Below, in pieces: positions 15,753-25,051 of a stretch of 64,000 bases of DNA; position 1 is the first letter of the stretch; each line of letters opens with the position of its first letter. Source of the stretch: an uncultured Candidatus Saccharibacteria bacterium (GTDB taxonomy: Bacteria > Patescibacteriota > Doudnabacteria > UBA920); contig CAZQZS010000001.1 in the NCBI GenBank assembly GCA_964597895.1, forward strand, positions 183,178-247,177, written 5' to 3'. Made by a program: the position numbers and the translations under genes. The notes beneath the pieces are model-generated. The model did no database searches and was not told the origin of the DNA. It saw only the letters and a list, made by a program, of their open reading frames with translations.

Positions 15753-17288
15753 ATGGCAGTTTACTACCAGACTTATAGACCCCAGAATTTTAGCGAGGTT
15801 GTTGGTCAAGAACCAATCGTCAAAGCGCTTCTTTCAGCTTCAAAACTTGGCAAAATTGGCCATGCTTATTTATTTTGCGGAAGCCGGGGAGTGGGCAAGA
15901 CAACTTTGGCCAGAATTCTTGCCAAAGCTGCGAACTGCCCAAATTTAAAAGATGGTGATCCTTGCGGTGTTTGCGAAGTTTGTACTGCGATAGCGCGCGG
16001 CGCTTTTTTGGATGTTGTAGAAATTGATGCCGCCTCTCATACGGGAGTAGATAACATCCGCGAGCTTATAGAGCGCATCAATTTTGGCCCGACTCAAGGC
16101 AAAACCAAAGTTTTTATTATTGATGAAGTCCACATGCTTTCTAAGGCAGCCTTTAACGCTTTGTTAAAGACTTTAGAGGAACCGCCTTCTCATGCCTTAT
16201 TTATTTTAGCGACTACCGATTTAGACAAAGTGCCAGATACGATAGTTTCGCGCACTCAGCGGTTTGATTTTAGAAAGATTACAGCACCACAGATTTTAGA
16301 AACTTTAAAACGTATTGTAAAAAAGGAAAAATTAAAGCTGGAAGAATCAGCTTTACAAATTATCGTAGATAACAGCGAAGGCGGTTTGCGCGATGCGCTC
16401 TCGCAGTTATCCATGATTGCTGTGTTGGATAAAACTTCCAGCGAAGCGGACATTCACTTGCTGCTCGGAACTACTTCTCGGGCTACGGTAGTTTCGCTTT
16501 TGGATTTCGTTGCATCTGGTACGACCTCAGCTATGCCGGAATTTTTTGCCAAACAAACGGAATTGAATTTTGACCCGAGTAGCTTTACCAGAAAAGTCTT
16601 GCAAGTTCTTCAGGAACTCTTGGAAGACAGCTTGGCGAAAACCGGCGGCGACCATGAACTAGCCGGCAAGTTTTTGTTACCACAGCTGCTTCACGTAATG
16701 CGCCTGTATTTGCGCGCCTATAAAGAAATAGAGCGGGCTTTAAGCCCAGAACTTCCTTTATTACTGGCTAGTATAGAGGCGGCCTTATACATGTCGGGAG
16801 GTCGCGGCGCTTCCCAGAACGGCAACCAGGCAACCAAGCCCGCTGCAGAGTCTGCTGCTTCTCCAGTTAATCAAGTTCAAATTCAGCAACCTGTTGAACC
16901 TGTTGTTATTGATGCAGTTGTCGCCAGCGAGGCAACTGGCAAACCACCGGTATTAGAAACAGCCCAGGTTAAGAGCTGGTGGCCTAGCTTAGTGGATGAG
17001 ATGCGCAAAGTAAATGGACCATTGGCAACGTTGCTCCGCAATTGTCCGATTGCTTCGGTGGAGGGCAATAAGGTTGTGGTGGCAGTAAAATATTTATTTC
17101 ATAAAGAACAGCTTGAAAGCACAAAAATCCGGTCGTTTATTAATGAGCACTTAAGCAGCCAGGCCGGTGGCCCAGTTATGTTTTCGGCTACTATTGATAA
17201 GCGTTTAACCGTGACCGAGCAAATCGGCGACACCGCAACTGCAGTGTCGGATGCATTGCGGATCTTTGGCGGGGAAGTCATAGAGTAG
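15753..17288 (+). CDS. dnaX: DNA polymerase III subunit gamma/tau
   Basis: AAA+ clamp-loader motifs GSRGVGKTT, DEVHML, SRTQRFDF; zinc module CGVCEVC. Confidence 0.93.
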   Translation: MAVYYQTYRPQNFSEVVGQEPIVKALLSASKLGKIGHAYLFCGSRGVGKTTLARILAKAANCPNLKDGDPCGVCEVCTAIARGAFLDVVEIDAASHTGVDNIRELIERINFGPTQGKTKVFIIDEVHMLSKAAFNALLKTLEEPPSHALFILATTDLDKVPDTIVSRTQRFDFRKITAPQILETLKRIVKKEKLKLEESALQIIVDNSEGGLRDALSQLSMIAVLDKTSSEADIHLLLGTTSRATVVSLLDFVASGTTSAMPEFFAKQTELNFDPSSFTRKVLQVLQELLEDSLAKTGGDHELAGKFLLPQLLHVMRLYLRAYKEIERALSPELPLLLASIEAALYMSGGRGASQNGNQATKPAAESAASPVNQVQIQQPVEPVVIDAVVASEATGKPPVLETAQVKSWWPSLVDEMRKVNGPLATLLRNCPIASVEGNKVVVAVKYLFHKEQLESTKIRSFINEHLSSQAGGPVMFSATIDKRLTVTEQIGDTATAVSDALRIFGGEVIE

Positions 17289-17302
17289 ACTATGTTGTAA
17301 AT

Positions 17303-17400
17303 TTTGGCCAATTTCTTTGTCACCAGTTCCGCTCCTCGTTCACCGTAACTTTTATTACGGCTCACTCGGTGCTCACTGGTTTCGCGAACTTGGCTCAAAA
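17303..17400 (+). repeat. Family-C structured intergenic repeat, copy 2
   Basis: See 14799-14934; conserved hairpin cgtaa-cttttat-ttacg at 17344-17359. Confidence 0.8.
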
Positions 17401-17450
17401 TTTCCAACATTAATTCCAATGAATTTTAAATAAAAAATTAATTAAAACTT

Positions 17451-19094
17451 ATGGAAGACAAAAATAAAAAAATCATGTCCGCAGTGATTGGAATAGCGGT
17501 CTTGGCTTTGGTCGTTGTGACAGTTTGGGAACCGGGCTCCCTGAGTTTCCGAGACCCGACCGATTATGACGAACAGGCACGCCTAGCTCAAGAAGAGTTA
17601 GAACAATACCGGGAATTACTTGCCTCAATTGAGCCGAACGTTGCCGCTAGTCAGCAGTTCCTGCAAAAAGTTGCCACAGAAGAGCTGGTGCGCGAAGAAG
17701 TGGAAGCTGCTTTGCAAACCAACCAGCGCGTAACCATTCCACAAGTCGCTAATTCAGAAATCAACTTGGCTAGCCGGAATGACCGAGACTTCGTGGTAAA
17801 TTATCTCAACGACACGCGCTCTATGATGGCTAATTATTCAGAGTCAATCAAGGGGAGTGTGGATGACCTGTTTTCACCGACTGGTAGTGCAGCTGAATTA
17901 GCCCGCGCCGAAGCGCTTACTAATGATTTTGTAAATAATTGGAAGACAGTCAGTGTGCCGCCTTCAGCGGCAGAACTGCACAAAGCAAGTATGACTGCTT
18001 TGGATCAGTACGGTGATGTGTTTGCCGTAGCTAAGGATTATTCCGGCATTCAAACCAATGAGCCGTGGCCGACAGTGTATAACAAGTATGCGGTGATAGA
18101 CAACCGCTTAGCGAGCGTCAAAACTGAGCTAGAAAAACTTAATGCCACATTTGCTTTCGCACCAGAGGAAGTAGAATTGCCAGATTTTAGCTTAGTAAAA
18201 ACAGCTCACGCCCAATTTGGATTTGGAACTATCGTTACTATAGACTGGCAAATGATTTTATACGAAGGGATTCGCACTGGATTAGCTCGGTCTTTTGCGC
18301 AGTTTAGCATTAACATGATTGATAAGCTGGTTGGCCATATTGAAAAGAACTTTGCCATTGCCAGTCAGCTCTACTATTCTAACGAGCTTGGGCGCTTCTA
18401 TTCGGTAGAGTACATGCAAAAATTCGTGTCTGATCCATTGGACCGTGACATTATTTCTAAATTTATTCCAGAGTATTTCTGTATCAATCCGGACGGCCGG
18501 CAATTGCGAGATATTTTTGTAGCCAAGGCCAGAGAAAATGTCGGCAACGATTTGGTGATTAATCCGGCCGACCCAGACTTCTTACAAAAATTAGCGCGCC
18601 TTGGCGCAGACGAAAAGAACTATCCGCTATGGTGGGAAGGTTATTACCAGTCATTGGCTGCCCAGACTAAAGCCGAGGCCGACAAGGCCGCTACAAAAGA
18701 AGTTGTTAGCCCTGGTGTTAAGAGCGGGCGCGACATTGTAAACAGTCAAATCCAGAAAACCGTTTCTTCTATTTTGGGCGTTCAGGAATCTGCTATTAAT
18801 GGCGCTATGGAGCTTGGTTCTAATAATGCCGAGAATATAGCCAGCCAGTTAGTTGCTGGTATCGTCCAGAATTTAGTTAATAAGTTTATTTTCACTCCGC
18901 TAGCTGGCGGCTCAACATCTGGCCCTGGTGGTATCGGCATCATCGCCGAGCGCAATGTTTGTTTGGCCAGTGCTCAGATAAAACCGCTTATTCCGCTTCC
19001 AGAAGGCGGATATCAGAGTCCGCAGCAGCCCACTGTGCCGCCTCAAACAGAAAACCCGGGCAATTATCCTGGCACGGGACTGCCACCCCGTTAA
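17451..19094 (+). CDS. Hypothetical secreted/membrane-anchored protein (547 aa) with Pro-rich C-terminus
   Basis: N-terminal TM/signal anchor; no recognisable catalytic motifs. Confidence 0.5.
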   Translation: MEDKNKKIMSAVIGIAVLALVVVTVWEPGSLSFRDPTDYDEQARLAQEELEQYRELLASIEPNVAASQQFLQKVATEELVREEVEAALQTNQRVTIPQVANSEINLASRNDRDFVVNYLNDTRSMMANYSESIKGSVDDLFSPTGSAAELARAEALTNDFVNNWKTVSVPPSAAELHKASMTALDQYGDVFAVAKDYSGIQTNEPWPTVYNKYAVIDNRLASVKTELEKLNATFAFAPEEVELPDFSLVKTAHAQFGFGTIVTIDWQMILYEGIRTGLARSFAQFSINMIDKLVGHIEKNFAIASQLYYSNELGRFYSVEYMQKFVSDPLDRDIISKFIPEYFCINPDGRQLRDIFVAKARENVGNDLVINPADPDFLQKLARLGADEKNYPLWWEGYYQSLAAQTKAEADKAATKEVVSPGVKSGRDIVNSQIQKTVSSILGVQESAINGAMELGSNNAENIASQLVAGIVQNLVNKFIFTPLAGGSTSGPGGIGIIAERNVCLASAQIKPLIPLPEGGYQSPQQPTVPPQTENPGNYPGTGLPPR

Positions 19095-19100
19095 AACCCT

Positions 19101-20342
19101 ATGACTGATTTAGATAAACCAACAATTGAATCCGGCAACCACATCCCGACAGCTCCAGCCGTAGAACCATCTCCACCCCAAGCGCCTTATTGGGTTGTGG
19201 TTTTGGCTTTACTGGCCGGCATAGTTGGCGGAATGTATGGGGCGCTAGATTTATCACAGCGGCCGTTCTTTCAAAACTTGTTTGGCCAGGGACCGCAAGA
19301 CTCCAGTCTTAGTCAGACAGTTCAGGTGACAGAGGATTCTGCGGTGACGAATGTTGTCAGCGAAGCTGGCCCTGCTGTGGTATCAATTGTGATTTCTCGC
19401 GATGTTAGTCAAGATTTTATATTTGATCCGTTCGGGTTTTTTGGCAGTCAACCACAGGCTCAAAGTGAGCCCAATGTGCAAGAGGTCGGAGCAGGTAGCG
19501 GGTTCTTTGTGAGTCCCGATGGCTGGATCATGACCAACAAGCATGTAGTCTTAGATGAGACTGCTACTTATACAGTAGTGACAAAGGATGGCGAGTCATA
19601 CGAGGCAAAGGTTATGGCGCGCGACCCGAGCAATGACTTAGCCTTAATGAAGATTGAAATTAGCAATGCGCCGTACTTGCGCTTTGCCGACTCTGATAAT
19701 CTACAGCTCGGGCAAAGTGTCGTGGCTATCGGTAATTCTCTTGGCCAGTATCAAAATACTGTTACCTTTGGAATTATTTCCGGAGTCGGCCGAAGCATTC
19801 GCGCTGGCGGCGGCGGAATCTCAGAACTGTTGGAGGGTGTGATTCAGACTGATGCGGCGATTAATCAGGGCAATTCTGGTGGTCCATTGCTCAATTTAGC
19901 TGGTTCTGTGGTAGGGATTAACACGGCAGTTGATTTTAGTGGTCAATCCATCGGTTTTGCCATTCCCGCTAACGATGCCAAAATCGCTTTTGAAAGCTAT
20001 CAGAGAAACGGAAAAATTTTGCGGCCTTATCTTGGCGTACGGTATACGATGATCACTCCGGCCATGGCTGAAGCCAACGATCTACCCAAGGATTACGGCG
20101 CTTTGATTGTCCGCGGCAGTGGTTTAACCGACTTTGGCGTGTTGCCTGGTAGCCCTGGTGATCGAGCTGGCCTGCGCGAGAATGATATAATTTTAGAGTT
20201 AGGTGGACAACGATTGGATGAAGATAATTCGTTGGCAAGAGCTTTGCGCAAGTTTTCTCCGGGAGAGCGCGTGGAAGCTAAGATTTACCGCGATGGCGGC
20301 GAACAAAATATTACTATAGAAATAGGAGAGCGGACGCAATGA
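19101..20342 (+). CDS. HtrA/DegP-family serine protease (trypsin-like + PDZ), membrane-anchored
   Basis: Catalytic triad contexts TNKHVV, DLALMKI, GNSGGPL; C-terminal PDZ-like region. Confidence 0.9.
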   Translation: MTDLDKPTIESGNHIPTAPAVEPSPPQAPYWVVVLALLAGIVGGMYGALDLSQRPFFQNLFGQGPQDSSLSQTVQVTEDSAVTNVVSEAGPAVVSIVISRDVSQDFIFDPFGFFGSQPQAQSEPNVQEVGAGSGFFVSPDGWIMTNKHVVLDETATYTVVTKDGESYEAKVMARDPSNDLALMKIEISNAPYLRFADSDNLQLGQSVVAIGNSLGQYQNTVTFGIISGVGRSIRAGGGGISELLEGVIQTDAAINQGNSGGPLLNLAGSVVGINTAVDFSGQSIGFAIPANDAKIAFESYQRNGKILRPYLGVRYTMITPAMAEANDLPKDYGALIVRGSGLTDFGVLPGSPGDRAGLRENDIILELGGQRLDEDNSLARALRKFSPGERVEAKIYRDGGEQNITIEIGERTQ

Positions 20343-20716
20343 AAATTTTAGGAATTGATTTTGGTGAAAAGCGCATCGGTCTTGCTATCAGCGATGAAAC
20401 TCAAACATTAGCCCGTGAGCTAGATATTTGGTCGCCGGCAAAATTTTGGTTAGAAATTGCGGATCTGGTTTCCAAGCAGGCTGTAGAAAAGGTAGTGGTT
20501 GGCTTGCCACTGAATATGTCCGGAGAACAAACCGAAAAATCAGTCGAAGTTCAAACATTTGTTGACCAGTTGAGTAAGCTCATCAGCCAGCCAATAGAAT
20601 TAACAGATGAACGATTGTCCAGCGTGATGGCTGCCCAGGTAGCAGGACAAGACAGAAATATTGATAGTCTCGCAGCCCAAATATTCTTGCAAGAGTACTT
20701 AAATAGTAAAAAGTAA
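20339..20716 (+). CDS. ruvX: Putative pre-16S rRNA nuclease / Holliday junction resolvase-like YqgF
   Basis: ILGIDFGEKRIGLAISD N-terminus. Confidence 0.88.
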   Translation: MKILGIDFGEKRIGLAISDETQTLARELDIWSPAKFWLEIADLVSKQAVEKVVVGLPLNMSGEQTEKSVEVQTFVDQLSKLISQPIELTDERLSSVMAAQVAGQDRNIDSLAAQIFLQEYLNSKK

Positions 20717-20729
20717 AGAGTAAAATGTA

Positions 20730-21086
20730 ATGAAAGATAGTAATTATCAACATTGGCCAGTATGGCAAAAGTCTATGGAATTAGTACTCAAAGTTTATAA
20801 GTTAACTAATAATTTTCCAAAGTCTGAAATGTTTGGCCTCACTTCACAAATGCGCAGATGTGTAACCTCTATTCCTGCTAATATTGCCGAAGGTAGTAGA
20901 AGGAATTCAAAAAAAGAATTGCACAGATTTTTATCTATAGCTTTTGGTTCTGGGGCAGAGCTAGAAACTTTTTTACAGATTGCTTTATCTCTAAAATTTA
21001 TCAAATCATCTGAATTTAATGATTCATATCCGCTTTTACAGGAAGTGATGAAGATGTTAAACGTAATGACCAAAAATACCAGGTAA
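20730..21086 (+). CDS. Four-helix-bundle protein (23S rRNA intervening-sequence protein family), AT-rich gene
   Basis: W..S..L...VYKLT..FPK.E.FGLTSQMRR...SIPANIAEG family signature. Confidence 0.8.
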   Translation: MKDSNYQHWPVWQKSMELVLKVYKLTNNFPKSEMFGLTSQMRRCVTSIPANIAEGSRRNSKKELHRFLSIAFGSGAELETFLQIALSLKFIKSSEFNDSYPLLQEVMKMLNVMTKNTR

Positions 21087-21122
21087 AGCAGATTACTTCT
21101 TACTATTTACTTTTTAATTTTT

Positions 21123-22127
21123 ATGTCCCAATTTCGCCAAAATCCAGTTAATAAACAATGGGTTCTGATTGCGCCAAGCCGCAGCAAGCGCCCCGAAGAC
21201 TTCCGTACTTATAGCGTTGGTTTTGGCTTGCCAGAACTTGATCCTGCGTGCGTTTTTTGCCCTGGTAATGAACACAAAAATCCGGATCTATGCGAAGACG
21301 TCTGCCGTTTGCCGAACGATAATAATTGGCAGCTACGAGTAATCTCTAATAAATATTCTGCCCTAGAAGAAGCTCGGATTTATCGCAACCGAGATTTTTA
21401 TCATTCCCAGGCAGGATATGGAGAGCATGAAGTGATTATCACGCGCAAGCACAACGAACCGCCGGCTTTGCAATCGGCTGTCTTGGTTCAGCAGACTTTA
21501 AAGATGTTCCAGGACCGCATTAAGTTCATCCATCAAGATCCAAAGATTAATTACGTACAAATCTTTCATAACCACGGCCGCGACGCTGGCGCTTCACTGA
21601 TTCATCCCCACTATCAGATTTTGGCAACGCCAATGGTGCCACCTCATGTTCACGACGAAATCCGCGGCTGCTATCACCATTACCAGCTTACTGGCCACTG
21701 CATATATTGCGATATTATCAAAGAAGAAACCAAGCTGCGCGATCGCATTGTCTACGAAGACGATTATTTTATTGTGATGTCTGCATACGCGTCCCGCAGT
21801 CCGTTTGAAACTTGGGTTTTACCAAAGCGACACCACGCGCGTTTTGAGGCGACCTCTGACGTTGAATTGCTGCATTTATCGCATGTGCTCAAAAAGGTGC
21901 TTGGCTCTTTGTATGTAAAGCTCTCGGACCCGCCACTGAATTTTTATTTCCACTCCATGCCGAAATCAACTGACAAACACATTATTCAGGAAGAAAAGAG
22001 CTATCATTGGCACCTTACAATATTCCCACGCTTGACCATTTGGGCCGGCTTTGAGTACGGTACTGGCATTCCAGTGAACCCAATGGCCCCAGAAATGACG
22101 GCGCAATTTTTAAGAGGGGAGTTATGA
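21123..22127 (+). CDS. galT: Galactose-1-phosphate uridylyltransferase family (HIT-like)
   Basis: CVFCPGNEH zinc motif and HPHYQ active-site motif. Confidence 0.8.
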   Translation: MSQFRQNPVNKQWVLIAPSRSKRPEDFRTYSVGFGLPELDPACVFCPGNEHKNPDLCEDVCRLPNDNNWQLRVISNKYSALEEARIYRNRDFYHSQAGYGEHEVIITRKHNEPPALQSAVLVQQTLKMFQDRIKFIHQDPKINYVQIFHNHGRDAGASLIHPHYQILATPMVPPHVHDEIRGCYHHYQLTGHCIYCDIIKEETKLRDRIVYEDDYFIVMSAYASRSPFETWVLPKRHHARFEATSDVELLHLSHVLKKVLGSLYVKLSDPPLNFYFHSMPKSTDKHIIQEEKSYHWHLTIFPRLTIWAGFEYGTGIPVNPMAPEMTAQFLRGEL

Positions 22128-22810
22128 TGGGCAAGTTAATCGTCGCTAACTGGAAACTTAATCCGCTCACCGAACGTGAAGCCATCTCTTTGTCTGAGCG
22201 CATCAAGCAGGTTAGCCCGTATGAAGTTGTTCTTTGTCCGCCATTGGCTTTTTTGAATTCGGTAAAGTATCTTCATCTGGGAGCACAGGATGTCTCCCCT
22301 CAAATTAAGGGACCATATACAGGACAGGTGTCAGCGAGCCATCTTGCCAGTTTGGACGTTAAGTATTGCATCGTAGGACACAGCGAGCGCAGAGCGATGG
22401 GTGAGAGGGACGATTTGATTAACCAAAAATTGCAGGCTTTAGTTCATTACAAAATTACTCCAATCCTTTGCGTAGGCTACGGTACTACGGTTAGTCAGGA
22501 TGAGTTAGAGGTCACTGATGTGCTAGGCTCTCAATTGAACCAGGATTTGGACGGCATAGATCCAAAAAAGATAATCGTTGCTTATGAGCCGGTCTGGGCG
22601 ATCGGCAGCGGCCGGGCAGCTACACCTGAACATGCCGAGCAAATAGCTTTGTACATTCAAACTAAGTTCGGAGTCAAGAAAGTTTTGTATGGAGGTAGCG
22701 TTAACAGTACCAACAGCGAAGCATTTTTGTCGCAGCATCATATTGATGGTTTGCTGGTCGGGGGAGCCTCTCTATTGCCAGATGACTTTAATAAGATAAT
22801 AAGAGCATGA
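22124..22810 (+). CDS. tpiA: Triose-phosphate isomerase
   Basis: ANWKLN, VGHSERR, AYEPVWAIG motifs. Confidence 0.9.
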   Translation: MMGKLIVANWKLNPLTEREAISLSERIKQVSPYEVVLCPPLAFLNSVKYLHLGAQDVSPQIKGPYTGQVSASHLASLDVKYCIVGHSERRAMGERDDLINQKLQALVHYKITPILCVGYGTTVSQDELEVTDVLGSQLNQDLDGIDPKKIIVAYEPVWAIGSGRAATPEHAEQIALYIQTKFGVKKVLYGGSVNSTNSEAFLSQHHIDGLLVGGASLLPDDFNKIIRA

Positions 22811-22817
22811 ATCAATT

Positions 22818-22978
22818 TCGCTCATTTGGCTTCAGTCGGAAGTAAATTCCAACCTTCAGCCAAATATCGCCCCTTTGGGGTTTAACCAATTGCTTCGTTA
22901 TTTTCCTCGGAACCCTGTCATCGTAGCTTTACTACGACTCCAGAGTTCCTCGGAAAATGCCTCGCACTTGGCTAAACG
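22818..22978 (+). repeat. Family-B structured intergenic repeat, copy 1 (contains terminator-like gcccctttggggttt and conserved hairpin cgtag-cttta-ctacg)
   Basis: Shares ~80 nt near-identity with 33974-34040 and a core related to family C. Confidence 0.8.
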
Positions 22979-23008
22979 AAAACGATTCATGTAAAAAGTA
23001 AGCATATA

Positions 23009-23458
23009 ATGATTTATATTGCAGCCGACCACGGCGGATTTAAACTTAAACAGCATCTAGTGAAGTTTTTGCAAAAGCAAAAGCTTGAGTTTAAAGATCT
23101 CGGTCCGGCAAAATTTAAAGACGGCGATGACTATCCTGAGTACGGCTCCAAGGTCGCGAGGCAGGTTTCCAAAAATCCTGTCAGCAATCTTGGCATATTG
23201 ATTTGCCGCAGTGGGCAAGGCATGTGCATCGTTGCCAACAAGTTTATTGGCGTGAGAGCAGCTTTGGCCTGGAATACAGCTTCCGCAAAACAGAGCCGCA
23301 ATGATGATATGGCTAATGTATTGTGTTTACCTAGTGATTTTCTTAACAGCCAGCAGGCCGAAGATATACTGAAAGCATGGCTGAATACACCTTATTCTAG
23401 CGACGCTCGCCATATGAGAAGAATTAAAAAAATAAGCAAATTAGAGGAGTCCTTGTGA
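23009..23458 (+). CDS. rpiB: Ribose-5-phosphate isomerase B
   Basis: MIYIAADHGG...ICRSGQGM RpiB/LacAB signature. Confidence 0.88.
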   Translation: MIYIAADHGGFKLKQHLVKFLQKQKLEFKDLGPAKFKDGDDYPEYGSKVARQVSKNPVSNLGILICRSGQGMCIVANKFIGVRAALAWNTASAKQSRNDDMANVLCLPSDFLNSQQAEDILKAWLNTPYSSDARHMRRIKKISKLEESL

Positions 23459-24102
23459 TTATACCGGCAATTTTAGAAACGAATGCAAAACAATTTCAGG
23501 CAAAATTAAAAGAAGTTTTAGTTTTAAAGAATGGCATTAAAACCATTCAGGTTGATTTTGCGGATGGTGAGTTTGTGGCAACCAAAACCGTTGAGGTTGG
23601 GGAAATCAAACTCCCAAAAAATAAAATTGAGTTTGAAGCTCACCTCATGGTTAGGCGTCCTGATAACTTTACAGATTACAAAAAGGCCGGCTTTGATAAG
23701 ATCATTCTTCACTATGAGTCATTTGATAATGAAACAGAATTGGAAGATGCTTTGGAGGAAATTCGCAAGCTAAAGATGAAACCAGCGTTGGCAATTTCGC
23801 CGACCACGGCTGTTTCAGTATTGCGTTATTTTTCTGATAACATTTTGAATTTTACATTATTAGCCGTAGTGCCAGGCAAGCAAGGTCAGAAAATGCTTCC
23901 TGATACGCTTGAGAGGTTGATGGAACTCCGTGACCATGCCAAGGCAGGCACGGTAATTGAGGTTGACGGTGGAGTCAACGAAGCAAATATTGCCGGCTTA
24001 ATCGACGCGGGTGCGACCGATTGCGTAGTCGGCTCGGCTTTGGTCTCGGGTGATATAAAAGAAAATTATCAAACATTATTAGCAGCGATTACCAATGGCT
24101 AA
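23455..24102 (+). CDS. rpe: Ribulose-phosphate 3-epimerase
   Basis: IIPAIL N-terminus, VDGGVN, TIM-barrel Rpe pattern. Confidence 0.85.
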   Translation: MIIPAILETNAKQFQAKLKEVLVLKNGIKTIQVDFADGEFVATKTVEVGEIKLPKNKIEFEAHLMVRRPDNFTDYKKAGFDKIILHYESFDNETELEDALEEIRKLKMKPALAISPTTAVSVLRYFSDNILNFTLLAVVPGKQGQKMLPDTLERLMELRDHAKAGTVIEVDGGVNEANIAGLIDAGATDCVVGSALVSGDIKENYQTLLAAITNG

Positions 24103-24946
24103 ACTTTCTTCAGTAGAATTACAACTCACAGCGAACAGCATTCGCCAAAATATTATTGAAATGTTAGTGGAAGCGGGAAGCGGGCATAGCGCAGGACCGT
24201 TAGGCATGTCTGACGTGTTTACGGCGCTGTATTTTGAGCTGATGAACATTGATCCAAAAAAGCCAGATTGGGATGAGCGCGATTGGCTAGTACTATCCTG
24301 CGGTCACATCTGCCCGGTACTTTACGCAACTTTATCGGAGCGCGGCTTTTTTCCAAAGTCAGAGTTAAAGACTTTGCGTAAACTTGGCACTCGCTTGCAA
24401 GGTCATCCGCATAACCTGTCTCTCCCTGGAATAGAAACTACCAGCGGTCCCTTAGCGCAGGGCTCATCACAGGCTGTCGGAATTGCGCTAGCTTTTCGCA
24501 TGAATAAGCAAAGAAATCGGGTTTATTTAGTTATGAGCGATGGTGAGCAGCAGGAGGGTCAGACTTGGGAAGCGGTAATGCTTGCCGGTAAAGAAAAGCT
24601 CCACAACCTTACTGCAGTTATTGACCGCAATAATATTCAAATTGATGGTTACACCGAAGACGTAATGCCCCTTGATGATTTAAAGGCTAAGTACGAAGCC
24701 TTTAATTGGCATGTCATTGAGGTTGATGGTCATAATATTCAGGCGGTGATTAACGCCTATCGTGAAGCCGAAGCCATTTACGAAAAACCCACAGTCATTA
24801 TTGCGCATACAATTCCCGGTAAAGGCGTTGATTTTATGGAAGGTAAGTATGAGTGGCACGGCAAACCACCAAAGCCAGAGGAAGCCAAAGTTGCGTTGCA
24901 AGAACTGCGAACTCTTCAAGGAAAAATCAAGAGCGAACATGAATAA
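24095..24946 (+). CDS. Transketolase, N-terminal (TPP-binding) subunit of a split transketolase
   Basis: GSGHSAGPLGMSDV, GHPH motif regions. Confidence 0.88.
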   Translation: MAKLSSVELQLTANSIRQNIIEMLVEAGSGHSAGPLGMSDVFTALYFELMNIDPKKPDWDERDWLVLSCGHICPVLYATLSERGFFPKSELKTLRKLGTRLQGHPHNLSLPGIETTSGPLAQGSSQAVGIALAFRMNKQRNRVYLVMSDGEQQEGQTWEAVMLAGKEKLHNLTAVIDRNNIQIDGYTEDVMPLDDLKAKYEAFNWHVIEVDGHNIQAVINAYREAEAIYEKPTVIIAHTIPGKGVDFMEGKYEWHGKPPKPEEAKVALQELRTLQGKIKSEHE

Positions 24947-25051
24947 AGGATATAATCGTGGTTATGCACTTGTCACTAGTCCTCGACCAGCAACTGGTCT
25001 GCGGAATAGTTCCAAGCGCATAACCACCATTTAGAAGGTTGTAATAAAAGT

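Noticed and set aside
23000-23011. TATAAT immediately abutting the rpiB ATG as a promoter
   Set aside because: The -10 hexamer overlaps the start codon, leaving no room for a transcript 5' end; more likely coincidence in AT-rich sequence.
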